A DNA stretch of 64,000 nt from Callorhinchus milii (GCF_018977255.1 NW_024704761.1:2356001-2420000), one strand, 5' to 3'. Shown: positions 21,791 through 49,200, counted from the first letter of the stretch. Numbers and translations: made by a program. Notes: generated by a model from the sequence alone, not told the origin.

Positions 21791-24700
21791 TGGGAGCAAA
21801 TCATTTCCTTGTGTTCCTCCTCAGTTCTGAATGTTGCTTGGACGCACTCCTGCCGTCAACAAAACTGTAGCCTATATAGTCCATCATGATTGCAGTAACC
21901 TGCCAGTCCTGGTACCATCCTCGTAAACCTACACTGTACTCTTTCCATCAGTGCTATATCATCTAAATGTAGCAAAACCAGTAACATTTGGGGAGTTGAT
22001 GAAACCTTCTCAATTACACCTCCTCTACCTTTTGCAAAGCCATGACAGCACAAATGTACTTGTAGAAACCATTTTCTTCCTGGTCAGCCGTGATTTAACG
22101 GAATGCTGGAACAGGCTCAAAGGGCTGAAGGACTTACTCCTTTGTTCAATTTGTCCCACTCCTGATATCCTTTTGATTTCTTGTCTTTTTCTCATTGGCT
22201 ATTTCTTAGTTTTTTTTCTAAGTTGTCTTCGCGATCCTGCTCAGGTCTCTTTCAAGGGTACGGATTCCGGTATGGGTGAGGACTTGGGCAGCAGAGCTTT
22301 GAATCATTAGAGTTTTTGAGCAAATTTCCTTGTGCTGTGCGCAATTGGCTGCTGTGTTTCATCCACAAAATATGCAGTCAAATCACTTTACAGTGTATTC
22401 TGTGAAGCGCTTTGAAATGTCAAATATGTACGTTGTTGATAAGTGTATTATTTCGTAATAGTTTTATTTATTGCTTATGCAGCCCAGACGTTTCTCAAAT
22501 AGGGCATCCAGCCCTCAGCAGCCAAAAGGTTGGACCACCCCCCCGCCCCCATTCACAAGGTTACCAATGTTAGTAGAAACTCGTTACCATTGTCACAGGG
22601 AGCATCTCTCCAGCACGACATTGCCAATCGCGTTTCAATTAAACAAAAGGCGGGCATGAAGTCATTTTCATTTTTTATTGCATTAACCCAGAGATAGTAA
22701 AAAAAATTACATTCCCAATAGTCTGAAGCACGATTTTACCACTGGAAGCTCCCAAGACCCAGACACATGTATTGAATCATCGACATGTAAACTGCCCCAG
22801 TAAAACAGCGAGAGAGAGAGCACTTACACCCTCAGCATTGCAGACATTCTGAATCTTTTTTTTTAAAAAAATGGATTTGTAGCAATATTCTAAAAGCAGA
22901 ACTCACGTTTCTCAGGCTCTCACAGTGCGAAATTCATCACTGGTCCTTACCAACCCAGTGACCTGATGGTGTGTAACAAAAACTTGCATTTATATAGCGT
23001 ACCTCATGCAGCGTAGCATCCCAGAGTGTAACCACAATTGCTGTTGTAGCTCTGTATCTTCTGTCAGAGAAAAACAGCTATTGCACAATCAAACTCACTG
23101 CAAAGAATCCCATAGGCTCCGTACATTCAAGGCAATGTTGGGCTTGCTGTTACACGGTTTACAAGAAGTCACGGAATGTAGGTTCTGATGTGTTAATTTC
23201 ACCGCAAACAGTTTCTGTCAAATCAACAAATCTGACAGGAAGTTCCAATTTGAGGACATTTTATTGTCACATTATTTCGAAGCACTTTGGCTGAAAACAA
23301 AACATCTGTGGGGTTTGCACCTGTGAAAGACAAGACCTAATAGAAAAATACTGCAGCATCTCAGGTAAAAAATATAAGCAGCGACTAATTTCCACATCCG
23401 TCCGACCAAAACAGGAATTGGACAAAAGCTGACAATGAGCACGTGCCAAATGTAGTCTCTGGAGCAGACCCTCCTGAGAGTCACAACCAGTGTTATGTTC
23501 AGTCTCTTCAATAAATAAATAAATCGACTCTCTCAAACAATTGTGCACCTCTCCAGGCCAGGCACCAACATATCCTGGCTCAGTGGTGGAACCCGCACAA
23601 CCATGTGTAATTAGTGACAGATAGTCAATCCCCTTGCACAGCTTTACACAGTGAAGTCACTTCTCCCCGATTCTTTCCCGTACAGTCTCTGCACAGCAGC
23701 TTAAAACAGTGCAGTGCTGAGATGCAGTGGGGAGGATAACCCCTGGTGTGTGAGGGATACCGACATTTGAGGACAGAAAACCCTGTCTTAACGAGATTGT
23801 TTAGTGCCAATTATTTCTACAACAAATTCAACCTTTTAAACATAATTGGATTACCCATACACAGGTAACACCCTGGCAAATAATTTGCCTGCAGGAAGAT
23901 GAGACAAACATGTCAGTATCTGATGAATAGCCGTAGAGGAATTCATGAGCTTAGAGATTGAAAACCACTAAAATATCACAAGATCTGTAACGGACAACAG
24001 TCGAGAGAGGGATTTAACAGAAGACTTGAAACAACAACTAAAACTTCTGGGAGTTATTCGGAACGAGCGAAAGAGTTTCATTTAGTTTTTTTTTAACAAG
24101 TTAATTTATTTTAAAATGATTAATAGCAAGCGTTAAATGGTCCAGATTGGAATCCTCGCCTCGCCCACAAAATACCCAATCAATCCACTTTACAGAATAT
24201 CCTGTGAAGCCCTTTGAGACGTCTCAACGATGTGATAAGGCGCTATATCAAATGCAAGAATTACTATTATTACATTATTAATCTTTGTACTTTTTAAAAA
24301 CAAACGTCAAGAAGAACAATGTTCACATCGAAACTTTTCGTTTAAAAAAAAAGAAAGTGGAGATAAATTATTCATATGTTTTGTCCCTTTTTTCCCCCAT
24401 CACAATCAGCAAATCAGCACGAATCCCACATGTTCATGGAAACACACAACATGGCCAAGAAACAGAACCAGAGGATGGATCAAATTCACCTTAAATCTAG
24501 AGGCCTCAGTCAGCACATATTAAAAAGCAAAACTTTATAGACATTCAGGTACAAAAATACCTCCCCCCCCCCCCAATAAATAAATAACTTACTCCTTTTG
24601 GATATCATAAATGATTGTTTTCACAATTACCCGCAGACAGTGCTGGGAAACGGGCCAACATCTTCTCACAGAAAACGAATTGTTTCACAACACTTTCTGT

Positions 24701-25998
24701 GCTCGTGACTGTAGATTTAAAGTGAAATAAACCTCATAGGGAATAAGTAAGGTTCTGTGGTGACATCTCTCACTGAATCGGACCAACAGTGCCAGTGCTG
24801 GGGGTTTGGGGTGAAGTGTTGTTTGTGTCGTTAAACAAGGAATCTTGAGCAGTGCGGTGGGGATGGGGGGAAGGAGCTAAGTGAGAGAGAGGGAAAAAGT
24901 CTCCCATTTCAATACTGTTTTTCCCCCTTCCCTCCCACTGGGACCAACGACAGCCCTACAATCTTCCCAGCTGGTCCAGCCCAGCCTGGGCATCACGTCT
25001 GCCGCGAGATGGTTCTTACTCACCATCGGAGATTCCATTCTGTGATTTTAATTAACGGGGAAAGTCGCTTCCTGTTTATGGGCACAACGTGTGAACGCGA
25101 GACTGAAGCTGAAATCTGGACCCCAGACATGAACATGCCCCCAGTAATGCTAAGCGCTAAATATATCTTCAGGACTAGCAGTGGACCTTTCTGGTTGGCC
25201 AACACAGTAATCATAGAAATTTAGATCAATGTTATTTTGTCGCCACAAAACCAAGAAATATTCAAATCTGGAAACATTTGCTTTGTAGGCCAACCAGAGA
25301 GGGTTTGGTTGCTGCCCGGGACACCCCACCTCACCCCACATGTTCTTATATGGTTTAGGACAAAGCATGTCAAGCGACTACCAGGATGGTGGAAGGTGAA
25401 CGAGATGGACCTTGTTCTTCTTTCGCCAGCAAATTCTTATGTTCTTAACGTGTCAATGTGAACGTCTGTCTCACCCCAATCTCCAAGCGAAGCCCACCCC
25501 AGCATAGAAAGCCCCCCCACAATCAGCACAACCCCCCATCTCCTCCCCACCCCAGAGACTGAAGCTTCCCTCCGCAGCCCCCGTCACATTCCATGTCCTT
25601 CTACCATCGTTCAAAAACAATTCCCTAAACCATGGAATGATTTAATAGACTCTGAGGGAAAAAGTTCAAGAAGAGAGTTTTTTCCTTTCCACCCTTTCCC
25701 TTTCCCCTCAAACACCCTCCTCGCTCGCACGTGTTAAAAGATGTTCCTGTCATTGTAAAAGCCGCAGGAACCCTCATTTTCTTCTCTGGGTCAGGTTTCC
25801 TTTCACAAACAGCTGGGAGGCTTTTTCCACCCCCCACCATAAGTAAGGCACTTATTATCTTTGGCCACGTCCAGGTTCCGAGTCAGTCGTCTTTGCCAAA
25901 CTCAGTCTCTCCTCGCACTGCTCCGGCCAGCGGGGGCCATGGCTAGAACGCGTCTCGCAGCAAATTCACAGCTTCACTGTGTCGCCTTGCGCTCAGCG

Positions 25999-41475
<15,477 letters not shown>

Positions 41476-41948
41476 GACGAACCAACCGCGGCCGCACTGC
41501 CGGCGCCGCGACGGGGAAGCGCAGGGGGAGGGAGGGAGGGAGGGGGCGGGGAGGGGGAGGGGGGCAAGAGAGAGACGCCCCTCCCTCCCTCCCTCCCTCC
41601 CAGCTATAGGCCCCACAGGGCGGTCAGGCATTTACATACGTTTTTGTAGCCCAAAAGTCGACCCCCCCACCCCCAAAGTAGCCCAACGTTAATAGCCCAA
41701 AGTCTGAGGAGGATTTCTCTCTCTTTTTTTTTAAAATAGCTGCTGCCAGGACACAGAGAGGAGGAGGAAGAGGAGGAGAGGAGGAGGAAGATACAGACAA
41801 CAACAACAACAACAACAACGCCCCCCCCCCACCACCCACCCAAGTTAAGTCGGTTGGAACTCCGACCGACCTTGGGAGGTGGAACGGAGAAGGCGACGAC
41901 CACGGCCGCAAGCGAATTACGCTTGTACGTGCGCCTTTCGCGTCGGGA

Positions 41949-42238
41949 GGACGTCCCGAGGGGCTGGGGTGGACGTCCCGAGGGGCTGGGGTGGACGTCC
42001 CGAGGGGCTGGGGTGGAAGTCCCGAGGGGCTGGGGTGGAAGTCCCGAGGGGCTGGGGTGGAAGTCCCGAGGGGCTGGGGTGGAAGTCCCGAGGGGCTGGG
42101 GTGGACGTCCCGAGGGGCTGGGGTGGAAGTCCCGAGGGGCTGGGGTGGACGTCCCGAGGGGCTGGGGTGGAAGTCCCGAGGGGCTGGGTGGACGTCCCGA
42201 GGGGCTGGGGTGGAAGTTCCGAGGGGCTGGGGTGGAAG
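41949..42238. repeat. 22-bp minisatellite, 13 copies (gga[c/a]gtcccgaggggctggggt)
   Basis: Units counted directly; one unit is 21 bp; two variants (ggacgt, ggaagt) are interspersed. Confidence 0.95.
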
Positions 42239-42254
42239 CGTGTTGGGCGGAGGT

Positions 42255-42545
42255 GGAGGAGATAGTGGTTCGGAGCACCCGCCTCGCAAGTGAGAGGACC
42301 CGGGTTCAATTCCCGGGCGGGGCGGAAGGTGGGGCACGTTTCCTTACGCCACGTGCCTCTGTTTACCCAGCGGTAAGTAGGAACCCGGTTGGCGGATCGC
42401 TTTCCCGGGGTGGGTGGGGGTGGGGTGTAATAATCTCTTTTTTTTAAAAAACAAACAAAATGTGGTCACTCAATCCACGACGGCGTGTGGCTCGGTGCTG
42501 CACGCAATTACCAAATGCAAAAGGAATATTATTATTATTATTATA
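42255..42545 (+). mobile_element. tRNA-derived SINE between the two promoter minisatellites
   Basis: Head gcctcgcaagtgagaggacccgggttcaattcccgggc, shortened body, (att)n tail. Confidence 0.75.
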
Positions 42546-42649
42546 ATGATATTTTAAGGGCGAGCGGGTATCAAGGAGGAAGACATACACAATTGGTGCA
42601 GTTTGCAAAAGGGGCATGGAGTTAGCTGGTGTCGGAGAAGAAAGGGGGA

Positions 42650-42960
42650 GTGGGGTGAGGGGTGGAGGTGGGGTTGGGGGGGTGAGAGAGAGAAGGTGGG
42701 GGGGGGGAGAGAGAGAGGGTTGGGGGTGGGGTGATGGGTGGAGGTGGGGTTGGGGGGGGAGAGAGAAGGTAGGGGGGAGAGAGGGGGTTGGGGGGTGGGG
42801 TGATGGGTGGAGGTGGGGTTGGGGGGGGAGAGAGAAGGTAGGGGGGGAGAGAGGGGGTTGGGGGGTGGGGTGATGGGTGGAGGTGGGGTTGGGGGGGGGG
42901 GAGAGAGAGAAGGTGGGGGGGGGGGAGAGAGAGGGTTGGGGGGTGGGGTGATGGGTGGAG
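42650..42960. repeat. G-rich tandem repeat of about 68-70 bp, 4-5 copies
   Basis: Repeated ggggtgatgggtggaggtggggttggggggggagagagaagg... with variable G runs. Confidence 0.85.
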
Positions 42961-42984
42961 GCAGAGGCGAGATGGACTGACTGC

Positions 42985-43197
42985 TAGACCGGAAGGACCA
43001 TGCTGCCTGCTCCCGGAAGTGCGTCACGGTGAAAGCGCCCTATACCTGACACTGGGGGATCGTTCATGAAGACGCCGAGACCGCAACTGTATCCAAAGGT
43101 ACCCATCCGTCCATCCCACCCATCCATCTCCATCCCTGTCCTCGGGCAGGTTTCCGAGTCCCCCTCTGCCCACCTGCACCTTGTCAATCACCTTTCC
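42985..43197 (+). promoter_or_regulatory. Putative promoter of the snoRNA host gene
   Basis: ETS sites CCGGAAG (42989) and CCGGAAGTGCGTCAC (43013-43027) upstream of a TCT-type initiator. Confidence 0.4.
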
Positions 43198-43854
43198 TGT
43201 TCGGAAAATGCAGGTATCAGCCCAGGCGCCTCGTTAAACCGTTTCAAACAGGGTTTGGCCCACCAGACCAGAGTAATGTCTTGATCACCTCTTGAAAAGT
43301 TGCATTTTTTTTTCCCCATCTGCTGCACCTGTTCGTTGATTTTTTGTGTTTCATTGATTCGCAGGATCATAAATCTTTTAAGTGTTAAGAGCAACATGGT
43401 TTTGATAAAAGGAGCCGAAAGGGAGCAGCCTGATCTCCCCACATGGAACCTCGTGGCCCACTTGACTCAAACGGAGCAGCAAAGGCCTCAGCAAAGGTGA
43501 GTGAGGGAACCCTCCTTTTTTGGGGGGACTCGGAATGTAAGCTTTTTTTTTTTATTTGCTCCATTCTTGAAATATCTCAAGCAAAACCTGCAGTGTTTAA
43601 ATTGATTACGTTTAAAATGTAAATCAATCGTCATTTAAATTGATCAGACTGCGCCCCGCCCACCAAATGCACAGTCAGCCCGCTTTACAGTATATTCTGT
43701 GCTTTGAGACGCTGTGTCAAATGCAAAGACTATTATTATTTCAAATGTTCCAGGTGACAGACCGTGGAGGCTATATTTTGTTATCGCCCTTCACTGCCAC
43801 CGCAATTCTAATAATTAAAATTTAGACGATTCGTCTTTAATTGGGTACGGACAT

Positions 43855-43931
43855 GATTGGAATATGATGATTTTCATTGCGTGTTAGACTTCTGAAGCTC
43901 ATGAAGTAAAAGTTCAAATCTGATTCCAGTC
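43855..43931 (+). ncRNA. SNORD104: Box C/D snoRNA, SNORD104-like (copy 1)
   Basis: Terminal stem gattggaat/attccagtc, box C ATGATGA 43864-43870, guide CGTGTTAGAC before D' CTGA (43892-43895), box D CTGA 43920-43923. Intronic, 90 nt upstream of an acceptor. The guide is the one I recall from human SNORD104, which also lies between ERN1 and TEX2. Confidence 0.85.
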
Positions 43932-44136
43932 GGGTGACGTGTAGTGATGAGCCCTGACCGAGGGAACACCACGCCATCAGTAACATTTATTTCATCCTTT
44001 TGTTCCCTTCCAGTCAAAACCTTTTGAAATGTAGAACCTGCCAAAGGATGAATTGACGATGAATGCAGGACCTCATGTCGAAGGAGAATGGCAGTCAGGT
44101 AACTAAATGTAACTTTTCTCTAACTGGGTATAGACA

Positions 44137-44214
44137 CGACTGGAATATGATGATTTTCTTAGCGTGTTAGACTTCTGAAGCTCATGAGGTTAAGTTCTAA
44201 TCTGATTCCAGTCG
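44137..44214 (+). ncRNA. SNORD104: Box C/D snoRNA, SNORD104-like (copy 2)
   Basis: Perfect stem cgactggaat/attccagtcg, box C ATGATGA 44147-44153, same CGTGTTAGAC guide and D' CTGA, box D 44202-44205; 283 bp downstream of copy 1. Confidence 0.87.
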
Positions 44215-44547
44215 GGTGACTTGTATGTAGTACAGGAATGAGCGCTGGCCGCAGGAACATCACACCATCAGTAACATTTTATCCTTTTATCTCCTTCTAG
44301 TCAAAACCATTTGAAATGTAGAACCTGCCCAGAGACTGATGGTGATTGCAAGACGTCATGGGAGTAGGAAAATGGCAGTCAGGTAAACTAAATGTAAAGT
44401 GAGGCAGGGAAACAATCCTAGAAAGTAACAAAAATATATTTTTCAAAGTTCGGTCACTCACCTATAGTTTAAAACCTGTTCCAAGCGAAATCCCCTTCAG
44501 TAGACAACTAATCATCAGCTCACTGATTCTCCTAAGAATATTCCTCC

Positions 44548-44651
44548 TGCTCGTTTCAAATATGTTGACTTTTGGACTGATGTTTGAGACAAAAGTGTGT
44601 GTTTAGACTTCTGATCAGAAATTAAGTTAATCACATCTGTGAAACTGAGCA
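44548..44651 (+). pseudogene. Degenerate SNORD104-like copy
   Basis: Stem tgctcgtttca/tgaaactgagca, C-like ATGTTGA, altered guide GTGTTTAGACTT followed by CTGA, D-like CTGT; lies in the next intron. Confidence 0.45.
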
Positions 44652-44879
44652 TGAAATGTAACACATGTACACTAGTCTAATCTCTTTACCCTCTTCAGAT
44701 CCCAGGTGAAGTGCTGTAGTCCCAAGAACAGGCAATACAATTGGAAGGATGTGGTCTTCAAATCCAATTTTTAGGCCACTGTCAGAAATTCTTTTTGTAA
44801 CTCAATATTCTTTATGCAAGGAGCAACCAGATGTGGAACTGAAAGAGAGTACACTGCATCTTCTGTTATGACTTCAGTG

Positions 44880-46275
44880 TAATTGATGCCGTTTTTTGGT
44901 GTAAGGAGTGCTTTTCCAAGTTGAGCACCCGCTTCAGTGCTTATCGCAATGTACTCAATTCACCTTTATCAAAATGATTTTAAAAACTGATATGTTGATA
45001 CTTGATGCAAACTCTTCTGTGGGGGGGAGATTGACTTGAGTCCAAAAGCAAATGCCTCTGCATTTAAATGCAAATTCATTTGAGTTTGCATCTCCACTTC
45101 ATCAAGTGGAATCCAAATGAAATGAGCGACTTCATGGTTTCCATACACAAGTGGAGTCCGAATGATCCTCGGCAAGTCCAAACGAATACAGCCCTCGTTC
45201 CTCGGTAACCTGCTGCCCATATCTTTTGTGGACAGTCAGTCTTTCCACACAATCTGGCTATCAAATACGACGGTCAAACCATTTATGCAGACGTTAACTG
45301 AACGCTACCAGTCACTGCACAAAAATATTCAACTGTGCCCAATCCGTGTGTCGATTAACTGCTGATATCTGATCGAACAGACCAGCGTGCTTTCGCTGTT
45401 ACTGGGCATGTGGTAATGGACTACACCTTGAAATCCGTTCTGCTTGAATGTAGGCGGATACCAGGCCATCACACATTCACCAGTACTATGAGGAAATCAC
45501 CGAATCCTTTTTTATTGGCAATAAGATTACCACTATTGTTACTGACAGCGCAACCAATATGGTGGCCGCCTTCAGTCTGCCTGGGTTTATTGCCACACTG
45601 GTTAACAACGACAAGAATGGCTTGGGAGCCTCCGATATTGATTCTGAGGCTGATGCTAAGGTTCAGCCCACCTCAAACACACCAACCAGTGACAAACTGA
45701 TGGAGAACATGCCAGCTCACCAGCGGTGTTTTAATCAAGCTCTGCATCTGATTCTTAATGAAGCCAGATGGAATAGGCAAATCATTACCAAAATTTCTGC
45801 AATCGTCTCTCATATCAGAAAATCTGCTATGCTACTGCTATTCTGGAGAAACACCTATACAAGCCCAAATGGTTCTCGATCCTAAGTTTAAACTGCGATG
45901 GTGTGCTTAACCAGAAAGGCCCTGAAACAAGACCTGGTCCGAGCATTATCATAACCACGAAAAGGCGACGCACCTGCAAATAGCACAGGTCCTCCAGTGA
46001 TATGGAGGCTGAAACCCGCACTAGATTAAACCGAAGTAGACGAATACCTATGGGAGGCTGCTCTGCCTTTTGCAGCTGACCCGTTCAACTACTGGAGAGA
46101 CAACCAGCTGGGGTTCCCTCGTTTGCTGCTGTAAGCAAGATATTATTTGTGTGTACCCTCTTCATCCAGTGCTGTAGAAAGAGTTTTCAGTTATTGCAGG
46201 GAAGATATTTAATCCAGAAAGAGCCCAAATCACTGACGAGAATTTTGGTATGCAACTTTTTATTAAATGCAGTGA
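44880..46275 (+). mobile_element. Decayed hAT/ZBED-type transposase (BED finger, catalytic core, dimerisation domain)
   Basis: Frameshifted peptides: CKEC (44900-44911), LKSVLLECRRIPGHHT, KITTIVTDSATNMVAAF, RCFNQALHLIL (CxxH-like position), EVDEYL..DPFNYW, YLCVPSSSSAVERVFS..AGKIFNPERAQIT. No TIRs recognised. Confidence 0.8.
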
Positions 46276-49200
46276 GTTTTGTGTGTGAACTTGTGATAAT
46301 TTTGACAGGTTTTGACTCTTGTATTGACTTTTACGTGTAAAGATGTGGATTGTAAATGCTCTTTTAAGTGCTGCATTTTTTCTGCCTGAATAGAAAATGC
46401 CACATGGGCATCCAGGACATTGGTAAATACATTTGAATTTGCATGTGTACATTTACAGGATACGTGCATTTGCATTCAAAATACATTTGCCTACATTTGA
46501 GGCCAAGTCTGGTCTCGATCCTATTCACCCATGTTAAACTTTATAAGAAATGTCAAAATAAAGTGTGTCATTCTTGGTCTTTCATTAGGTTGAACAAAAT
46601 AAAACAATATCTGAATCAAGCTCTGCTCTAAACTGGTCTATTTAATTACTGTAAGCAATCTTGCAGGAGTACTCTTAGCAGAAGTATGCCAGAGTTCCTT
46701 GCAGGAATACACATACATGGGGGTGGGAGGACATAAGGTGAGGAAAGGATTGACCTTGGGCTCTCTGATGCGAGCTCAATGGCTTTATGAACTCATTGGT
46801 GCCACAACTTCAACTCACTCAAAAGAACAACTCCTTGAGCAAGGGAAATGGAACACCACAAGCCTGCTTGTTGGGAACTCAGTTTAGTAGCCAGACTAAA
46901 CATTCTGTACACAGATAAAATGATCCTTCTGTGGGTTCCCTTTCTCTTCCCAGCTGTTATTTGCACATTGCACCCAATTTACAGAGACACAAAAGTAGCT
47001 GTACAACAGTCCACACGTGTTGTGAGAGGAGGAATTTTATTAAATAAAACATTGCAAGCTAGTCCTTCACAGAATGTTAATGTGATAATGTGAAGTACGA
47101 AAGAACATAATTTATAAGAATCTTTTTAATTATGATTATGCATAGTGCATTTAGTCCTTGGACTCGATTCATTATTGCACACTTAATACAGGCCACAGGT
47201 AGGACCTGACTACAACAAGACATGCAACATTTTTTTGGCAGGCAAATATTGCCCACAAAATATAAGAAAGCAACAGTGTAGGTAAGACTGGAATGCAGTC
47301 AAATGTGTGTTATTCTAGCCCTGACATAAGGTCAAAACAAATACAATATTGTACCTACAGGCCTAAATTAAAATGTAGAAAATTAAAAATTCAACTTATA
47401 CACATCTTAAAATATATTACTTATTTTAATTTAACATTTTGCAAATATTCATCTTTCCTTCAGCAAACTGCTCTTGAAAGATGACTTGCTGGAATTATAA
47501 ATTCTTCACACTAGAGCCCTTAATTAGGCATCTACGATTCATGTAGTGATTAGCATCAATTTACACTTAGGTTGAATGCGATGGGTTGGGGCAACAAGGA
47601 ATGCCGGGGAAATGGACCTAAGGCACAGAAATCATAATATGATTGCATAAAACAAATAACACAATGGAATTGAAGCACAATGAACACTTCTGCAGACCCT
47701 TATGTAGAACAAATAATAAAATAAATGTCTAGGGAAGGTAAACCCACATTTTAGGCAACCCTTTCCCCCACCTCCCCAGATAGAAACTCATTAAATCAGT
47801 CTGATATTACGTTTACTTCCACAACAGCTTTCATCTTTTCCTGTTAGTTCAATAGATCTTTATGCATCTAACTAGCCTTTACTTTGAAGTGTTGACCAAT
47901 TTGGAATGGAAAGCCACAGCAGTATGTGGAGGGTCTTTGTCACCAGAAGAGGCTAACTTCATGGTTTGGCCACTCTTGTGTTTATGATCGGTAGGTCTTT
48001 AAATAGCTGATTTGGCGAAAGCTTTGATTGGCTTTCCACTTCACATTTACAACTTCCACACAAGGTGGTATTAAGTAACAACGTGTAAGTAAATATGTAG
48101 CTTGTGAAAGATGGCTGCAATTCCTTACATGTTGGCACAAAAGGTGGGATATTACTTAAACCATTGTATATTTCAATATTCTGCTTACCTTTACAACTGC
48201 TTTTTAGGTAAGGAGACCTACCTCTGGTTTGAGTTGTTTTAAGGCTTTCTCCCATGCCCTAATGATTCAGTGAGAATACATACTCCTTCCTATTCTGTAC
48301 CAGTCACTCTAAGCTTTTATAAAGCAGTGTTATTGATCACATTTGCAGACCAAGTTTGTACAGAATTATATGATTCAAATCTAATGACATCCTTAATGAC
48401 TCATCGAGGTACGAGGGCAAATCTATTGAAAAATAGAATGCATTTTAATTTGTGTCCTTCAAAACAGTTCTCATGCGTTCCCGCCCCACCGCCCCCAACC
48501 ACCTCAAAGTGAATTTTCCCAAGACTCATCTGCTAATTGTAAGCTAGCGGGAGTTGCAGGGTTTTTCATGCAAGTAAATTGTTACCAAATTGGCCAGGAG
48601 TCATGTAGTTATTAAACTGGGACCTGAATAAGTTTTCAAAATTTTAAGGATGTTTAGCTGTACAAAATTATTTCCCACAGTTTATAAAATTGACCTGGGG
48701 AAAATATTTGAGTTGCTAGCAGAGGTATACAGTGCTTACCAGACAGCATGAACAGAGGAGCAATAGAACAAGTGACTTCAGCGAAACAGGCTGCAGTTGC
48801 AAACACAATTTTGAATGACAAATAACTACGAAACATATATCGCAAGGGCAGCTTGTATAGAATTAGCAATTCTAGGTCATGTCAATGGTGTTTTATACTG
48901 TAATTGATATGTACTTCAAACCTACAGGCAAATCATGCATTTCTTTACACCTTCATCAAGGTCTTTTCAAGCAACCATACCATCATTTAGGTTTCTGTAA
49001 ATCTCACCAGGCCAACAAGGGCCCACTTTAACCAAAGCATTTCAGGTCAAACAAGTCATTTACAAGTACAGTTACATATGATCTATATATAGATGTTTGG
49101 GCTTTTTTTNCTTGGAATGGATGACAATATTATCAATTAACAATACATTTTGTGAAAGAGATTCAGCAAACTGCACATACAACAAACAGTATTCTCGAAA

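Larger units (their letters stand above)
43192..46580 (+). ncRNA. Spliced non-coding snoRNA host gene (positional equivalent of SNHG25)
   Basis: TCT/5'TOP-like start cctttcc at 43191-43197. Predicted exons 43192-43213, 43365-43496, 44014-44098, 44301-44382 and 44699 to about 46580 (AATAAA 46557-46562), all with AG/GT borders. No long ORF. Confidence 0.55.

Noticed and set aside
22126-22145. GTAAGT donor as a first exon boundary of the full-length SAMD9
   Set aside because: It lies in a gggctgaa..actcct repeat-tail word, so exon 1 remains unlocated.
22670-25998. CTGCAG words in the ERN1 3' UTR as self-cleavage (RIDD) sites
   Set aside because: A common palindromic hexamer; no convincing XBP1-type stem-loop seen.
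41604-42447. Overlapping Pro/Gly-rich ORFs of 100-237 aa; array superficially CRISPR-like
   Set aside because: Products of a stop-free 22-bp minisatellite with no spacers, in eukaryotic context.
44572-44590. gactgatgtttga resembling the 3' half of miR-21
   Set aside because: The seed TAGCTTATC is absent and the context is a SNORD104-like relic.
46660-46706. Short imperfect hairpin between the host gene and TEX2 3' ends
   Set aside because: Too short for a pre-miRNA, no snoRNA boxes and no other support.
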